DNA of 64,000 nucleotides from Gammaproteobacteria bacterium (GTDB lineage Bacteria; Pseudomonadota; Gammaproteobacteria; JAJFKG01): NCBI GenBank assembly GCA_021773335.1, contig JAJFKG010000032.1, positions 13,506 to 77,505 of the forward strand, read 5' to 3'. Shown piece by piece: positions 55,206 to 64,000 of this stretch (position 1 is its first letter; each line of letters starts with the position of its first letter). The notes under the pieces were generated by a model. It saw only the letters and a program-made list of their open reading frames with translations, ran no database searches and was not told where the DNA came from. The position numbers and the translations under genes were made by a program.

Positions 55206-57266
55206 CTAAGCTGCGCTTGCTGTTGGCATATGAGTTGCACTGACTAGGCTCACTGGATCGGCATCTATACTATCACTCATAGCAGCATCACCTCGCATCG
55301 CTGCAAAATACCCACTACAGTCTGCCTTTTTCGCAAACATGCCGTGGCCATTACGCCCTAAAGGATAATCTGTCTCAGCAGGCGATGTATTAGCAACAAA
55401 CTCGCGATGACGTGTAATGGCATTGCTCATATCACTGGCATTAAGCTTATTCGCGAGTTGTTGTGCGCTGAAACCCTCTTGATTACGAAGATCCAACTTA
55501 GCACCTTGCACTAACAATAATTCGACCAAGCGCGCATCTTTGTTCATGACAGCGTAATGTAAGCCAGTATTGCCTTGAGCATCCTGTGCATTTAATAAAT
55601 CCGGGCTAATCTGCGCAAATAGTTTGATTACAGCATCTTGACGCCGATTCAATACAGCAACGTGCAAAGCAGTCTGGCCAGTTTGTGGATCGCGATGACA
55701 CAATTGCGCACCACTATCAATTAAAATTTCAATAGCTGCCATGCTACCGCCAGTTACTAACAAGTGTAATAATTGCTGTGCCTTTTCTGTCTTGCTCAGT
55801 GGTGCACTTGCCGCTGCCTGCCAGTGTTCAATAGGGCGAGCGTCTGCTGGCAAGGGGCGAATAAAGTCCGCAACGCGGGTTTGTTGTTTTAACCACTGAT
55901 TTAACTCGACTATGAGTGTTGGATCCACTTGCATATCGAGGACAAGACCTTGGTCTGTCTGAAATACATCAAACGCATGCAAACCCTGACTGCCATGCAA
56001 ATGTTGTATTAAAGATTGTACTTCATCTAATTGTTTATCTGCGAAAGTCAAACGTATATGACCTTGTTCAGCGTTGCCTGCATAGGCATGCCGTTTAGCG
56101 GCAAAGTATAAAAGCTGACGATCTTTTTGTGCCGCTATATCCAATAACTCGCGACGTGTATGACGTTGGTAAGGCGATGTATAATGCTGTGCTTGTGCGG
56201 CAAAAAAATCATTAACCGCTTGCTGACCGTTATTTAACAAAGCTTCTCGTTGTGATTCTGATAGCGAAAAATCAAGCATATTGATGTCGTCAGGCACGGG
56301 AATAAAAATGGTATTGCCATTATCTTGTTGCGGACGCGTGCTAGTTTGACCATTTTTAACCGACAACTCAATCAACCGTTTAAGATTGGCGGGCAAAGAC
56401 CCAGGTGTGTGACCATCTGGGCTAATGCCATGCTTGAGCCAATCGATCGTTGCTTTTCTATCAACGCGCAGTGCCAATGTGCGCGGGTTGCGACCATCGT
56501 CTTCGAAAACATTCGCGGGCAAGTTATTTAACATGCCACCATCAACATATTGGATAGCGCCTGTATCGCCGGCACTGCCTGTTTTCAAAAAACCATCTTT
56601 ACCCATAATGAATTGGCCATCATCGTCTTTAAAAGCAAAAACGGCGCGAAAGAAAAGAGGAATGGCCGCTGACATCATTGCTGCATCAGCCAGTGGTAAA
56701 TCTGGTGTAGTTTGCCATGAACAAATTTCACTTTGGCCACTCGACACATTGGTTATCGCAATCGAAACATCACGAAATTTTTGTGCGTTAGTATGGCGTT
56801 CAGGGTATTGGTTTTGTTCTAATACGGCTTTATGCAAATCCATGAAAGTCGCATTGGGTTTGCCAAGCGTTTTTTCTACTTTATCCGCAATGAATTTACG
56901 CAACGCTTTAGGGTCGTGATAACCGTAGCGTGCTAGCACCTGGCGTATGTCTCCTAAGATGCCTCCCTTATACCAAGGTGTTGTCTTGAGCAAATCATTA
57001 AAATCAAACTCAGAGATTGCCGCGATATCTTTAGGATGCATGCCCAAGCTAAGAAATAACGCTGCCCAAGAACCCGCAGAAGCGCCGGCGACTTTATCGA
57101 CACCACTGAGCTTGCCTGCTGTAGCGAGTTGTTCGAATGCACCAGCGTAGGCAAGGCCAGCGACGCTGCCACCTTCGAGGACAAGATTGTTTATTTCAGG
57201 AGGGTGACCAAGTTGTTTGTTGGCACGAGGCAAAAAACGATTGTTGGGCTGCCGTGTATTATTCAT
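55206..57266 (-). CDS. Patatin-like phospholipase with C-terminal ankyrin repeats
   Basis: Oxyanion LEGGSVAG, nucleophile elbow GASAG and catalytic Asp YVDGGMLNN. C-terminal ankyrin repeats: GQTALHVAVLNRRQDAVIKLF and GNTGLHYAVMNKDARLVELLLVQGAKLDLRN. The start was placed at the ATG at 57266 after an AGAGG RBS. Confidence 0.8.
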   Translation of the reverse strand: MNNTRQPNNRFLPRANKQLGHPPEINNLVLEGGSVAGLAYAGAFEQLATAGKLSGVDKVAGASAGSWAALFLSLGMHPKDIAAISEFDFNDLLKTTPWYKGGILGDIRQVLARYGYHDPKALRKFIADKVEKTLGKPNATFMDLHKAVLEQNQYPERHTNAQKFRDVSIAITNVSSGQSEICSWQTTPDLPLADAAMMSAAIPLFFRAVFAFKDDDGQFIMGKDGFLKTGSAGDTGAIQYVDGGMLNNLPANVFEDDGRNPRTLALRVDRKATIDWLKHGISPDGHTPGSLPANLKRLIELSVKNGQTSTRPQQDNGNTIFIPVPDDINMLDFSLSESQREALLNNGQQAVNDFFAAQAQHYTSPYQRHTRRELLDIAAQKDRQLLYFAAKRHAYAGNAEQGHIRLTFADKQLDEVQSLIQHLHGSQGLHAFDVFQTDQGLVLDMQVDPTLIVELNQWLKQQTRVADFIRPLPADARPIEHWQAAASAPLSKTEKAQQLLHLLVTGGSMAAIEILIDSGAQLCHRDPQTGQTALHVAVLNRRQDAVIKLFAQISPDLLNAQDAQGNTGLHYAVMNKDARLVELLLVQGAKLDLRNQEGFSAQQLANKLNASDMSNAITRHREFVANTSPAETDYPLGRNGHGMFAKKADCSGYFAAMRGDAAMSDSIDADPVSLVSATHMPTASAA

Positions 57267-57427
57267 AACCACCTCTGTACTGCTTATGATTATTAAGCCT
57301 AGGCAGTGATGAGGATTTGCGCCAAAATTTACCGGGAAAAAAACGCGAGAATAGTTAAATGTATTTCTTAAAAATGCAATAGAGAATTTTATCGCTTTCG
57401 CTCAACCATATCCGGGCTACTCACTCT

Positions 57428-59140
57428 TCACTTGCGCACATATGGCACATAATGTGGTTTCCACACTTGCTTTGCAATTGCGGCGCGAAGCGCTTTATCA
57501 CTGATCTTCTCAGCAACACCTTGTTCTTGCGCTTGTTTAGCAACGGCAAATGCAATTTCCAGCGCAACGTCACGGGCATCATCAAGACTAGGCAATAAGG
57601 GCGCCTTTGGATCGTTGCTAATCGGTGCTACTTTACTTAGCGTTTGACACGCCGCCCATAACATTTCATCGCTTACGTGTTTCGCATTGACCGCGATTAT
57701 GCCCAAACCAATCCCCGGGAATACCAAGGCATTATTGCATTGGGCAATCGTGATATTGTGCGCATGGTAATCAACAGCATCAAACAGCGTGCCTGTCGCA
57801 ATCAATGCCTTACCCTGTGTCCAGGTAATAATATCTTCTGGTGTTGCTTCGCAGCGTTCGGGCGGATTTGATAAAGGCAATACGATTGGGCGTTTGACAC
57901 CTTTAGCCATTGCTTTGATCACAGCTTGGGTAAATGCGCCTGCAACTGCCGACGAACCAATCATAATAGTGGGTTTCACTTGCTTAACAACCTCGAGCAA
58001 TTCAATCTGTTTGGGATTAGCGACTTGCCATGGACTGACTTCTTTACGCGCGCGTGCATAAGGTCGCTGACTGTCGGTCAATTCTGCTAAATCATCGATC
58101 AGCAAACCGGGGCGGTCTAATAACCAAAAGCGCTCACGTGCTTCGTTTTCAGTTAAACCAGAGCGCAGCATTGCAGCATAAATTTGATCGGCAATACCGG
58201 TACCCGCAGTGCCCGCACCAAATATGATAATGCGCTGATCATGAAAAGTAGAGTTTGTCGCATTGATCGCCGCTAAGATTGCCGCTAAAGTCACTACGCC
58301 AGTGCCTTGCATATCGTCGTTAAAAGTACAGATTTCATGGCGAAAGCGTTCCAAATTACGTCGCGCATTATCCCGACTAAAATCTTCCCAGTGCAGAAAA
58401 ATGTTCGGAAATTTTTTATTAACAGCGGTGACAAATTTATAAATAAACTCATCATATTCTGCACCCCGCACACGTTCATGGCGCCAACCCAAATACATCG
58501 GATCATCTAACAGGGCTTGGTTATTGGTACCTACATCTAACAAGATAGGTAAGGTGCGTCCGGGATTGATACCGCCACACAACGTGTAGACCATCAGTTT
58601 TGCCACAGGGATATCCATGCCGCCAACACCTTGGTCACCAATACCGAGGATGCCTTCACCATCTGTTACAACGATCAAATCAACTTCTGGGTTAGAACGA
58701 TTATCGAGAATTTCTTCGATCATATCGCGCTCTTCATAGGTGATATACAAGCCGCGCGGATGGCGATATTCACGACTGTATTCTTTGACTGCCGTACCCA
58801 CAATGGGCGTGTATATTACCGGCAACATTTCGGCAAGATGTTCGCTGACTAAATGATAAAATAAAACATGATTGGTATCGTGCAAACTCGACAGATAAAT
58901 GTTTTTATTGAGTTTGACGTTATACGATTGAAACTGTTGATATGCGCGCTTAACTTGTGATTCTAAACTTTCAACACGCGCAGGTAACTTGCCTAGCAGC
59001 TCAAACTCATGCCGTTCTTGTTCAGTGAAGGCTGTGCCTTTATTGAGTTGGGGGGTCATCAACAATGGTTTGCCTGCTAAGCTTGTTTCAATCCACTCTT
59101 TGCCGGTTTTACTGTCGTATTTGAAGGTAAAATTTAACAT
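57428..59140 (-). CDS. maeA: NAD-dependent malic enzyme
   Basis: 570 aa with LNKGTAFTEQER, VVTDGEGILGIGDQG, FNDDMQGTG and GAGTAGTGIA. Confidence 0.9.
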   Translation of the reverse strand: MLNFTFKYDSKTGKEWIETSLAGKPLLMTPQLNKGTAFTEQERHEFELLGKLPARVESLESQVKRAYQQFQSYNVKLNKNIYLSSLHDTNHVLFYHLVSEHLAEMLPVIYTPIVGTAVKEYSREYRHPRGLYITYEERDMIEEILDNRSNPEVDLIVVTDGEGILGIGDQGVGGMDIPVAKLMVYTLCGGINPGRTLPILLDVGTNNQALLDDPMYLGWRHERVRGAEYDEFIYKFVTAVNKKFPNIFLHWEDFSRDNARRNLERFRHEICTFNDDMQGTGVVTLAAILAAINATNSTFHDQRIIIFGAGTAGTGIADQIYAAMLRSGLTENEARERFWLLDRPGLLIDDLAELTDSQRPYARARKEVSPWQVANPKQIELLEVVKQVKPTIMIGSSAVAGAFTQAVIKAMAKGVKRPIVLPLSNPPERCEATPEDIITWTQGKALIATGTLFDAVDYHAHNITIAQCNNALVFPGIGLGIIAVNAKHVSDEMLWAACQTLSKVAPISNDPKAPLLPSLDDARDVALEIAFAVAKQAQEQGVAEKISDKALRAAIAKQVWKPHYVPYVRK

Positions 59141-59230
59141 CGCTTATCCTTTATGTCCGTAAATGATATAGTTTCAATCTATTATCAGACATATGCATAA
59201 TGCGTGCAAATCCAAACCAAAAGGAAGCAA

Positions 59231-59890
59231 ATGGGCGACACACTTTACCTCAATGATACAATTTATGATTATTTAGTGAACCATTCTGTACGTGAAGACG
59301 ACATTCTTAAAGAATTGCGTCAAGAAACCGCGAAGTTAAGTTCAAGTTTAATGCAAATTACGCCCGTGCAAGGGCAATTCATGGGCTTATTGGCCGAAAT
59401 TTTGGGCGCTAAAAAGGCGTTAGAGATTGGGGTGTTTACCGGTTATAGCGGCATTTGTGTGGCGCGGGCTTTGCCAGAAAATGGCCAGCTTATTGCCTGT
59501 GATATCAATGAAGAATGGACGGAATTGGCACAGATGTATTGGCAGAAAGCCGGTGTGCGCGACAAAATCGAGCTGCGCTTAGCGCCAGCGCTTGATACTT
59601 TAGACACATTGATCGCTGACGGGCAAAATGACAGTGTTGATTTTGCCTTTATCGATGCCGATAAACAAAATCAAGGCCATTATTATGAAAAAGTGCTGAC
59701 ATTGTTGCGTCCAGGCGGTGTTGTTATTGTGGATAATGTGTTGTGGGATGGTAAAGTGGCTGCTAAAGAGATCACGAATCCCAGCACACTCGCCATACAC
59801 CAACTCAATCAACGCATTTTTGCTGATGAACGTGTGTCCATGAGTATGTTGCCGTTAGGAGACGGTATTATTGTGGCACGCAAACGATAA
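59231..59890 (+). CDS. Class I SAM-dependent O-methyltransferase (caffeoyl-CoA OMT-like, PF01596-type)
   Basis: LEIGVFTGYSGI (SAM motif I), DFAFIDADK and GGVVIVDNVLW. The start is at 59231 with an AAGGAAG RBS. Confidence 0.8.
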   Translation: MGDTLYLNDTIYDYLVNHSVREDDILKELRQETAKLSSSLMQITPVQGQFMGLLAEILGAKKALEIGVFTGYSGICVARALPENGQLIACDINEEWTELAQMYWQKAGVRDKIELRLAPALDTLDTLIADGQNDSVDFAFIDADKQNQGHYYEKVLTLLRPGGVVIVDNVLWDGKVAAKEITNPSTLAIHQLNQRIFADERVSMSMLPLGDGIIVARKR

Positions 59891-59922
59891 CCTCAAGTAG
59901 TCAATCAAAGGGATGCCAGCTC

Positions 59923-61005
59923 ATGCCAGATAAATGCAGTATTGAAATATTAAAAGATAATCCGATGGGACTCAATGGTTTTGAATTTATCGAGTTTTGT
60001 GCGCCTAAACCATCACTTTTGCACCAACATTTTCTGCGATTTGGCTTTCGCCCCGCGGGCAAGCACCGCTCTAAGCCGGTGACGCTTTACCAACAAGGAA
60101 AAATTAATTTTATTGTTAATGCACAAGAAAACTCACACGCCAGTGCCTTTGCTAAGGCACATGGGCCATCGGCATGTGCCATGGGTTTCCGAGTGTGTGA
60201 TGCTGATCGTGCTTTTAAACGGGCACTTGAATTAGGTGCAAGACCTTATGAGGGGCTTGAGCTCGGTAAAGGAGAGTTGGAAATCCCTGCGATTTATGGC
60301 ATCGGTGATAGCTTAATTTATTTTGTCGATTATTATGATGCCCATTCGATCTACGATATCGATTTTATCCTCGATAAGGAAGCGGTACCGACAGTGCCGC
60401 ATGTTGGTTTAACGCATATCGATCATTTAACTCATAATGTGCGTCAAGGAGAGATGGATAAATGGACCGATTTTTACCAACGTATTTTTGGTTTCAAGGA
60501 AATCCGCTTTTTTGATATTGAAGGTGAAAAAACAGGTTTAGTGAGTCGCGCATTGGCAAGCCCCTGTGGCAAAATTAAAATTCCACTGAATGAATCTAAA
60601 GATGCTAAATCACAAATTGAAGAATTTATTCGTGAGTTTAACGGGGAAGGCATTCAACACATCGCTTTAGCTACCGACGACATCTATAAAACGGTTGAAA
60701 CCATGCAAGCACATTCGGTTGATTTTCTTGATGTGCCTGACACCTATTATGAAGCGATCGATAAGCGCTTGCCCGAACATGGTGAAGACTTAGCACGTTT
60801 GCGGCAGGATAAAATTTTGATTGACGGTGAGTGTGCCGCCGACCATGATCCACGTTTATTGCTGCAAATATTCACCGAAAATATGCTTGGCCCCGTTTTT
60901 TTCGAAATCATTCAACGCAAAGGTGATGAAGGTTTTGGGGAAGGGAACTTTCAAGCGTTGTTTGAGGCGATTGAGCGGGATCAAATTAAACGCGGCATCC
61001 TGTAA
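59923..61005 (+). CDS. hppD: 4-hydroxyphenylpyruvate dioxygenase (legiolysin-type)
   Basis: NPMGLNGFEFIEF, THIDHLTHNV, GIQHIAL, LLQIFT, FFEIIQRKG and GFGEGNFQALFE. Confidence 0.9.
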   Translation: MPDKCSIEILKDNPMGLNGFEFIEFCAPKPSLLHQHFLRFGFRPAGKHRSKPVTLYQQGKINFIVNAQENSHASAFAKAHGPSACAMGFRVCDADRAFKRALELGARPYEGLELGKGELEIPAIYGIGDSLIYFVDYYDAHSIYDIDFILDKEAVPTVPHVGLTHIDHLTHNVRQGEMDKWTDFYQRIFGFKEIRFFDIEGEKTGLVSRALASPCGKIKIPLNESKDAKSQIEEFIREFNGEGIQHIALATDDIYKTVETMQAHSVDFLDVPDTYYEAIDKRLPEHGEDLARLRQDKILIDGECAADHDPRLLLQIFTENMLGPVFFEIIQRKGDEGFGEGNFQALFEAIERDQIKRGIL

Positions 61006-61095
61006 AGCTTCGGCTTTTTTGTCTGGGCGTTGTTGCGAGGATTTTTTTATTCGATCATTTATGCTAAATAAACTCCCTCATAAAAAATGCTGTGC

Positions 61096-62502
61096 TCAGG
61101 ATGACGTAGTTGCCATGCGATACCCATAAAATAAAAATATTGGTAATATCATCACGACTAAACCACCAACAAACATGGTTTCATAATGCCAAAAACCACC
61201 GACATTGATACTGTCTGGCGGGAAGAAGCCAACTGTAATAGTGACACCACAGCCTATTAATCCAAGCAAACACGTGATCCACATACCAAACCTCCCACCA
61301 GGAACTCGAAAAGGGCGCTCTTTATCTGGATATTTATAACTGAGCCGAATGGCTGCAATAAACATTAATACATACATGAACATATACATTTGCGTACTTA
61401 AGTCGGTTAATAACCAGTACGAAGCGTTGATCGTCGGCATCAGCAAGAAAGCCAAACATAATAACGAAACTAATATTGCTTGCAAGATTAACACGACACT
61501 GGCTACGCCATTGTCATTTTCTTTACGCAGAATGTTTGGCAAATAACCGTGCTGAGCTGCATGTAATAAGCCTTTTGCAGGAGAAATAATCCAATTTATC
61601 ATGCCACCTAGGGCGCCAATCAATAACATAATCGCCATCAAAGGCACCAAACCATGCAGGCCAAAACCACGGAAAAAATACTGAAAGGCTTCCATGACAC
61701 CATCAACCAGATTAATTTCATTGTGTGGGATAACCACTGCGATCGACAATGCGCCAAGCACAATCGTAACAACAATGATTAACACAACAAAAAACATGGC
61801 GCGTGGAAACGTGCGTTGCACATTCACCACATTTTTAACGTGCACAGTTGCTAATTCAATACCTAAAAAAGACGTCATGATCGCCGTTAGCGATATCCAG
61901 CTAGCACCATGCCCTAGACTCGGCACGAGGGTGTGTTGATTAAGGAGGATTTCAACAGGATGGCCTTTCGCCGCCCAAAAAATCGCAAGCGTGATGATTA
62001 ATGCCATGGGGATCAACATGCCGACGATAGTACACACGGTCGCAAACCAGCCTGAAGTTTTTAAACCGCGTAAATTAACCAACGTTAACAACCAAAAGGT
62101 AAGCATGATCACACTCACCAAATAAAATTTTTGTTCAGCTAACTGTGGATCAATTAAAAAGGCGAGGGTAGCCGCAATAAATGACAAAATCGTCGGATAC
62201 CATACAACTGTATTAATCCATTGCAGCCAAATACCCAAAAAGGCCCAACGTTCGCCAAAAGCCAAATTTACCCAATTGTAAATCCCACTTTCTTCGCTAA
62301 AACAGGCAGACAATTCAGCTGAAACCAAGGCGACGGGTAACAAAAACACAATCGCCGCAAACACAAAAAAGAAAATCAATGTGCTTCCGAATAGCGCCAT
62401 AGCCGGCAAATTACGAATACTATCGATGGAACCAGCCATCAACATAATTAGAGGAAAGAGGGTAAGTCGTTTGACGCTATTTGAAAAATCCATATGCTCC
62501 AC
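61096..62502 (-). CDS. APC-superfamily amino acid permease
   Basis: 468 aa with about 12 predicted TM segments. The N-terminal LFPLIMLMAGSIDSIRNLP resembles the glutamate/GABA-antiporter-like (AGT) subfamily. Confidence 0.7.
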   Translation of the reverse strand: MEHMDFSNSVKRLTLFPLIMLMAGSIDSIRNLPAMALFGSTLIFFFVFAAIVFLLPVALVSAELSACFSEESGIYNWVNLAFGERWAFLGIWLQWINTVVWYPTILSFIAATLAFLIDPQLAEQKFYLVSVIMLTFWLLTLVNLRGLKTSGWFATVCTIVGMLIPMALIITLAIFWAAKGHPVEILLNQHTLVPSLGHGASWISLTAIMTSFLGIELATVHVKNVVNVQRTFPRAMFFVVLIIVVTIVLGALSIAVVIPHNEINLVDGVMEAFQYFFRGFGLHGLVPLMAIMLLIGALGGMINWIISPAKGLLHAAQHGYLPNILRKENDNGVASVVLILQAILVSLLCLAFLLMPTINASYWLLTDLSTQMYMFMYVLMFIAAIRLSYKYPDKERPFRVPGGRFGMWITCLLGLIGCGVTITVGFFPPDSINVGGFWHYETMFVGGLVVMILPIFLFYGYRMATTSS

Positions 62503-62681
62503 ACTTAATTTTAATGGAAAACAGTGAGTTAAATTTAATAATTAAAGTGAATTCAGCTTTATTCGTAAGGCCTTATTTCCATCACCATGTTATAATGCGC
62601 GCCAGTTTAGCATGTTTGTGAACAAAACCAGAATGAATTACTTTTATCAATCGATAAGCAATTTTCATCAAGAGCAATATT

Positions 62682-64000
62682 GTGGATAGACTCAATCGCA
62701 CATTTTTCCGTAATTTTTGGCGTTTGGCCAAACCTTATTGGTACAGTGAAGAAAAGTGGCATGCCTATAGTCTATTGACAGCGGTAGTTGTTATTACCCT
62801 GATTTTTGTAGGTTCTACGGTACTGTTTAATTTTTGGCAGAAATCATTTTTCGATGCCCTACAAAATTTTGCGGCGCGACAGTTGATCAAAGACTGCTTT
62901 GTTTTCGTCGGTGTGATGGGGTTAATGTTACTGTCATTTGGTTATCTCGGTTATGTCTCTGGGGTGCTCACTAATCATTGGCGACGTTGGTTAACCCAGT
63001 ATTATTTACAGCGTTGGACACACAACCACAACTGTTATGTCATGCAAACGCAACAGCAAGAATTTGACAATCCTGACCAACGTATCAGCCAAGACCTCTA
63101 TGAATTTCCTAACTTAATTTTAACCTTACTTAATGGTTTATTATCGTCAATTGTGGCAATTGCTTCGTTTAGTTATATTTTATGGCATAACTCGACAACG
63201 CTCAGTGTGCCACTGAGTAGCTTTGGGATAATTCATATTCATGGTTATTTATTTTGGTTGGCGGTGTTAGTTGCAACTATCGGTAGCTGGCTTGTGGTTC
63301 GCGTAGCACGACCTTTGGTAAAATACAACTATATGCAAGAACGTTATACGGCAGACTTTCGTTTCAATATGGCACGCACACGTGAATACAGCGAGCAAGT
63401 TGCGTTTAACAAGCTAGATAAATACGAAAGTCAGCGTTTACGTAAACGTTTCAAACCAGTCTTTAATAACTATGCCAGGTTGATCAAAATTGAAAAAAAT
63501 TATAATTTTTTGAAAAGCGGTTACAACTCCATGGGTTATATTTCTGGATTTATTGCGGGATTGCCATTGTATCTCAGCAAGCAAATTCAACTCGGAGGCT
63601 TGACGCAAATTGGTGGGGCTTTTGCTAATATTCTTGGTGCAATGTCGTATATTTTGATACGTTATAAGGATATTGCAAACTTGCAAGCGGTAACGGGGCG
63701 TTTAATCCAATTCGAAGAGCGGTTGACAGGTTTAGAAAAACAAAAAACTGAAAATAATAGCCTACACATACAGCGAAACTACCCCCAGCAATTACACATT
63801 AAACTTTCACACTTAAATTGCCCAGATGGCCAGACTTTATTTGCCCAGCTAGATTTAAGGATTATACAGGGCCAACATACCTTATTATCCGCGCCCTCAG
63901 GCAGTGGCAAGAGTACCTTACTCAAAGTCATTGCCGGTATGTGGCCATATGCAAGTGGAAATCTTTGCACCGCCGCCGCAAGTGATATGATGTTTCTAGC
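62682..64000 (+). CDS. ABC transporter ATP-binding/permease protein, SbmA/BacA-type TMD (partial; runs off the window)
   Basis: This open frame is absent from the ORF track because it has no stop in the window. GTG start at 62682, giving MDRLNRTFFRNFWRLAKPYWYSEEKW. Later motifs are NPDQRISQD and Walker A SAPSGSGKSTLLK near 63890-63930. Confidence 0.75.
   Translation, partial: MDRLNRTFFRNFWRLAKPYWYSEEKWHAYSLLTAVVVITLIFVGSTVLFNFWQKSFFDALQNFAARQLIKDCFVFVGVMGLMLLSFGYLGYVSGVLTNHWRRWLTQYYLQRWTHNHNCYVMQTQQQEFDNPDQRISQDLYEFPNLILTLLNGLLSSIVAIASFSYILWHNSTTLSVPLSSFGIIHIHGYLFWLAVLVATIGSWLVVRVARPLVKYNYMQERYTADFRFNMARTREYSEQVAFNKLDKYESQRLRKRFKPVFNNYARLIKIEKNYNFLKSGYNSMGYISGFIAGLPLYLSKQIQLGGLTQIGGAFANILGAMSYILIRYKDIANLQAVTGRLIQFEERLTGLEKQKTENNSLHIQRNYPQQLHIKLSHLNCPDGQTLFAQLDLRIIQGQHTLLSAPSGSGKSTLLKVIAGMWPYASGNLCTAAASDMMFL

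Overview
This is a 64 kb chromosomal segment of a Gram-negative bacterium. It is most likely a gammaproteobacterium with Legionellales/Coxiellaceae-like traits, but that is inference from gene content: lolCD-DUF2062-comEC-msbA-lpxK synteny, AddAB-type recombinase, legiolysin-type HppD, a patatin+ankyrin protein, and abundant REP elements with a RAYT gene.

Layout:
- 0-3.7 kb: 5'-nucleotidase-family gene and a class-II Fic protein preceded by a repeated operator-like motif.
- 3.9-11.0 kb: six translationally coupled genes resembling hydrogenase-4/formate hydrogenlyase. The 'large subunit' has lost all four NiFe-ligand cysteines, so this is an Ehr-type complex-I-like module. It is followed by yggU and addB-addA (11.0-17.5 kb).
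- 17.5-18.4 kb: a 0.9 kb non-coding, AT-rich region with clustered DnaA-box-like 9-mers, located where gene orientation diverges.
- 18.4-24.6 kb: fadE, thiolase and fadB/J.
- 24.9-30.2 kb: three ORFan genes, one with Ras-like G1/G3/G4/G5 motifs, surrounding a REP-flanked RAYT transposase.
- 30.6-32.1 kb: yciA and an L,D-transpeptidase.
- 32.2-45.5 kb: the most unusual part. Four paralogous large proteins (590-934 aa) have no family I can name. Each sits behind a conserved TTGCAT-N17-TATTTT-type promoter and a 120-220 nt leader. Three are followed by a smaller partner ORF. One module is wedged between aguA and aguB.
- 47.3-64 kb: core genes lolC, lolD, DUF2062, comEC, msbA, lpxK, patatin-ankyrin protein, malic enzyme, O-methyltransferase, hppD, an APC permease, and a partial SbmA/BacA-type ABC transporter.

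Intergenic regions are packed with at least four families of palindromic repeats, which in places form tandem arrays. All homology statements are by-eye motif recognition; no searches were run.
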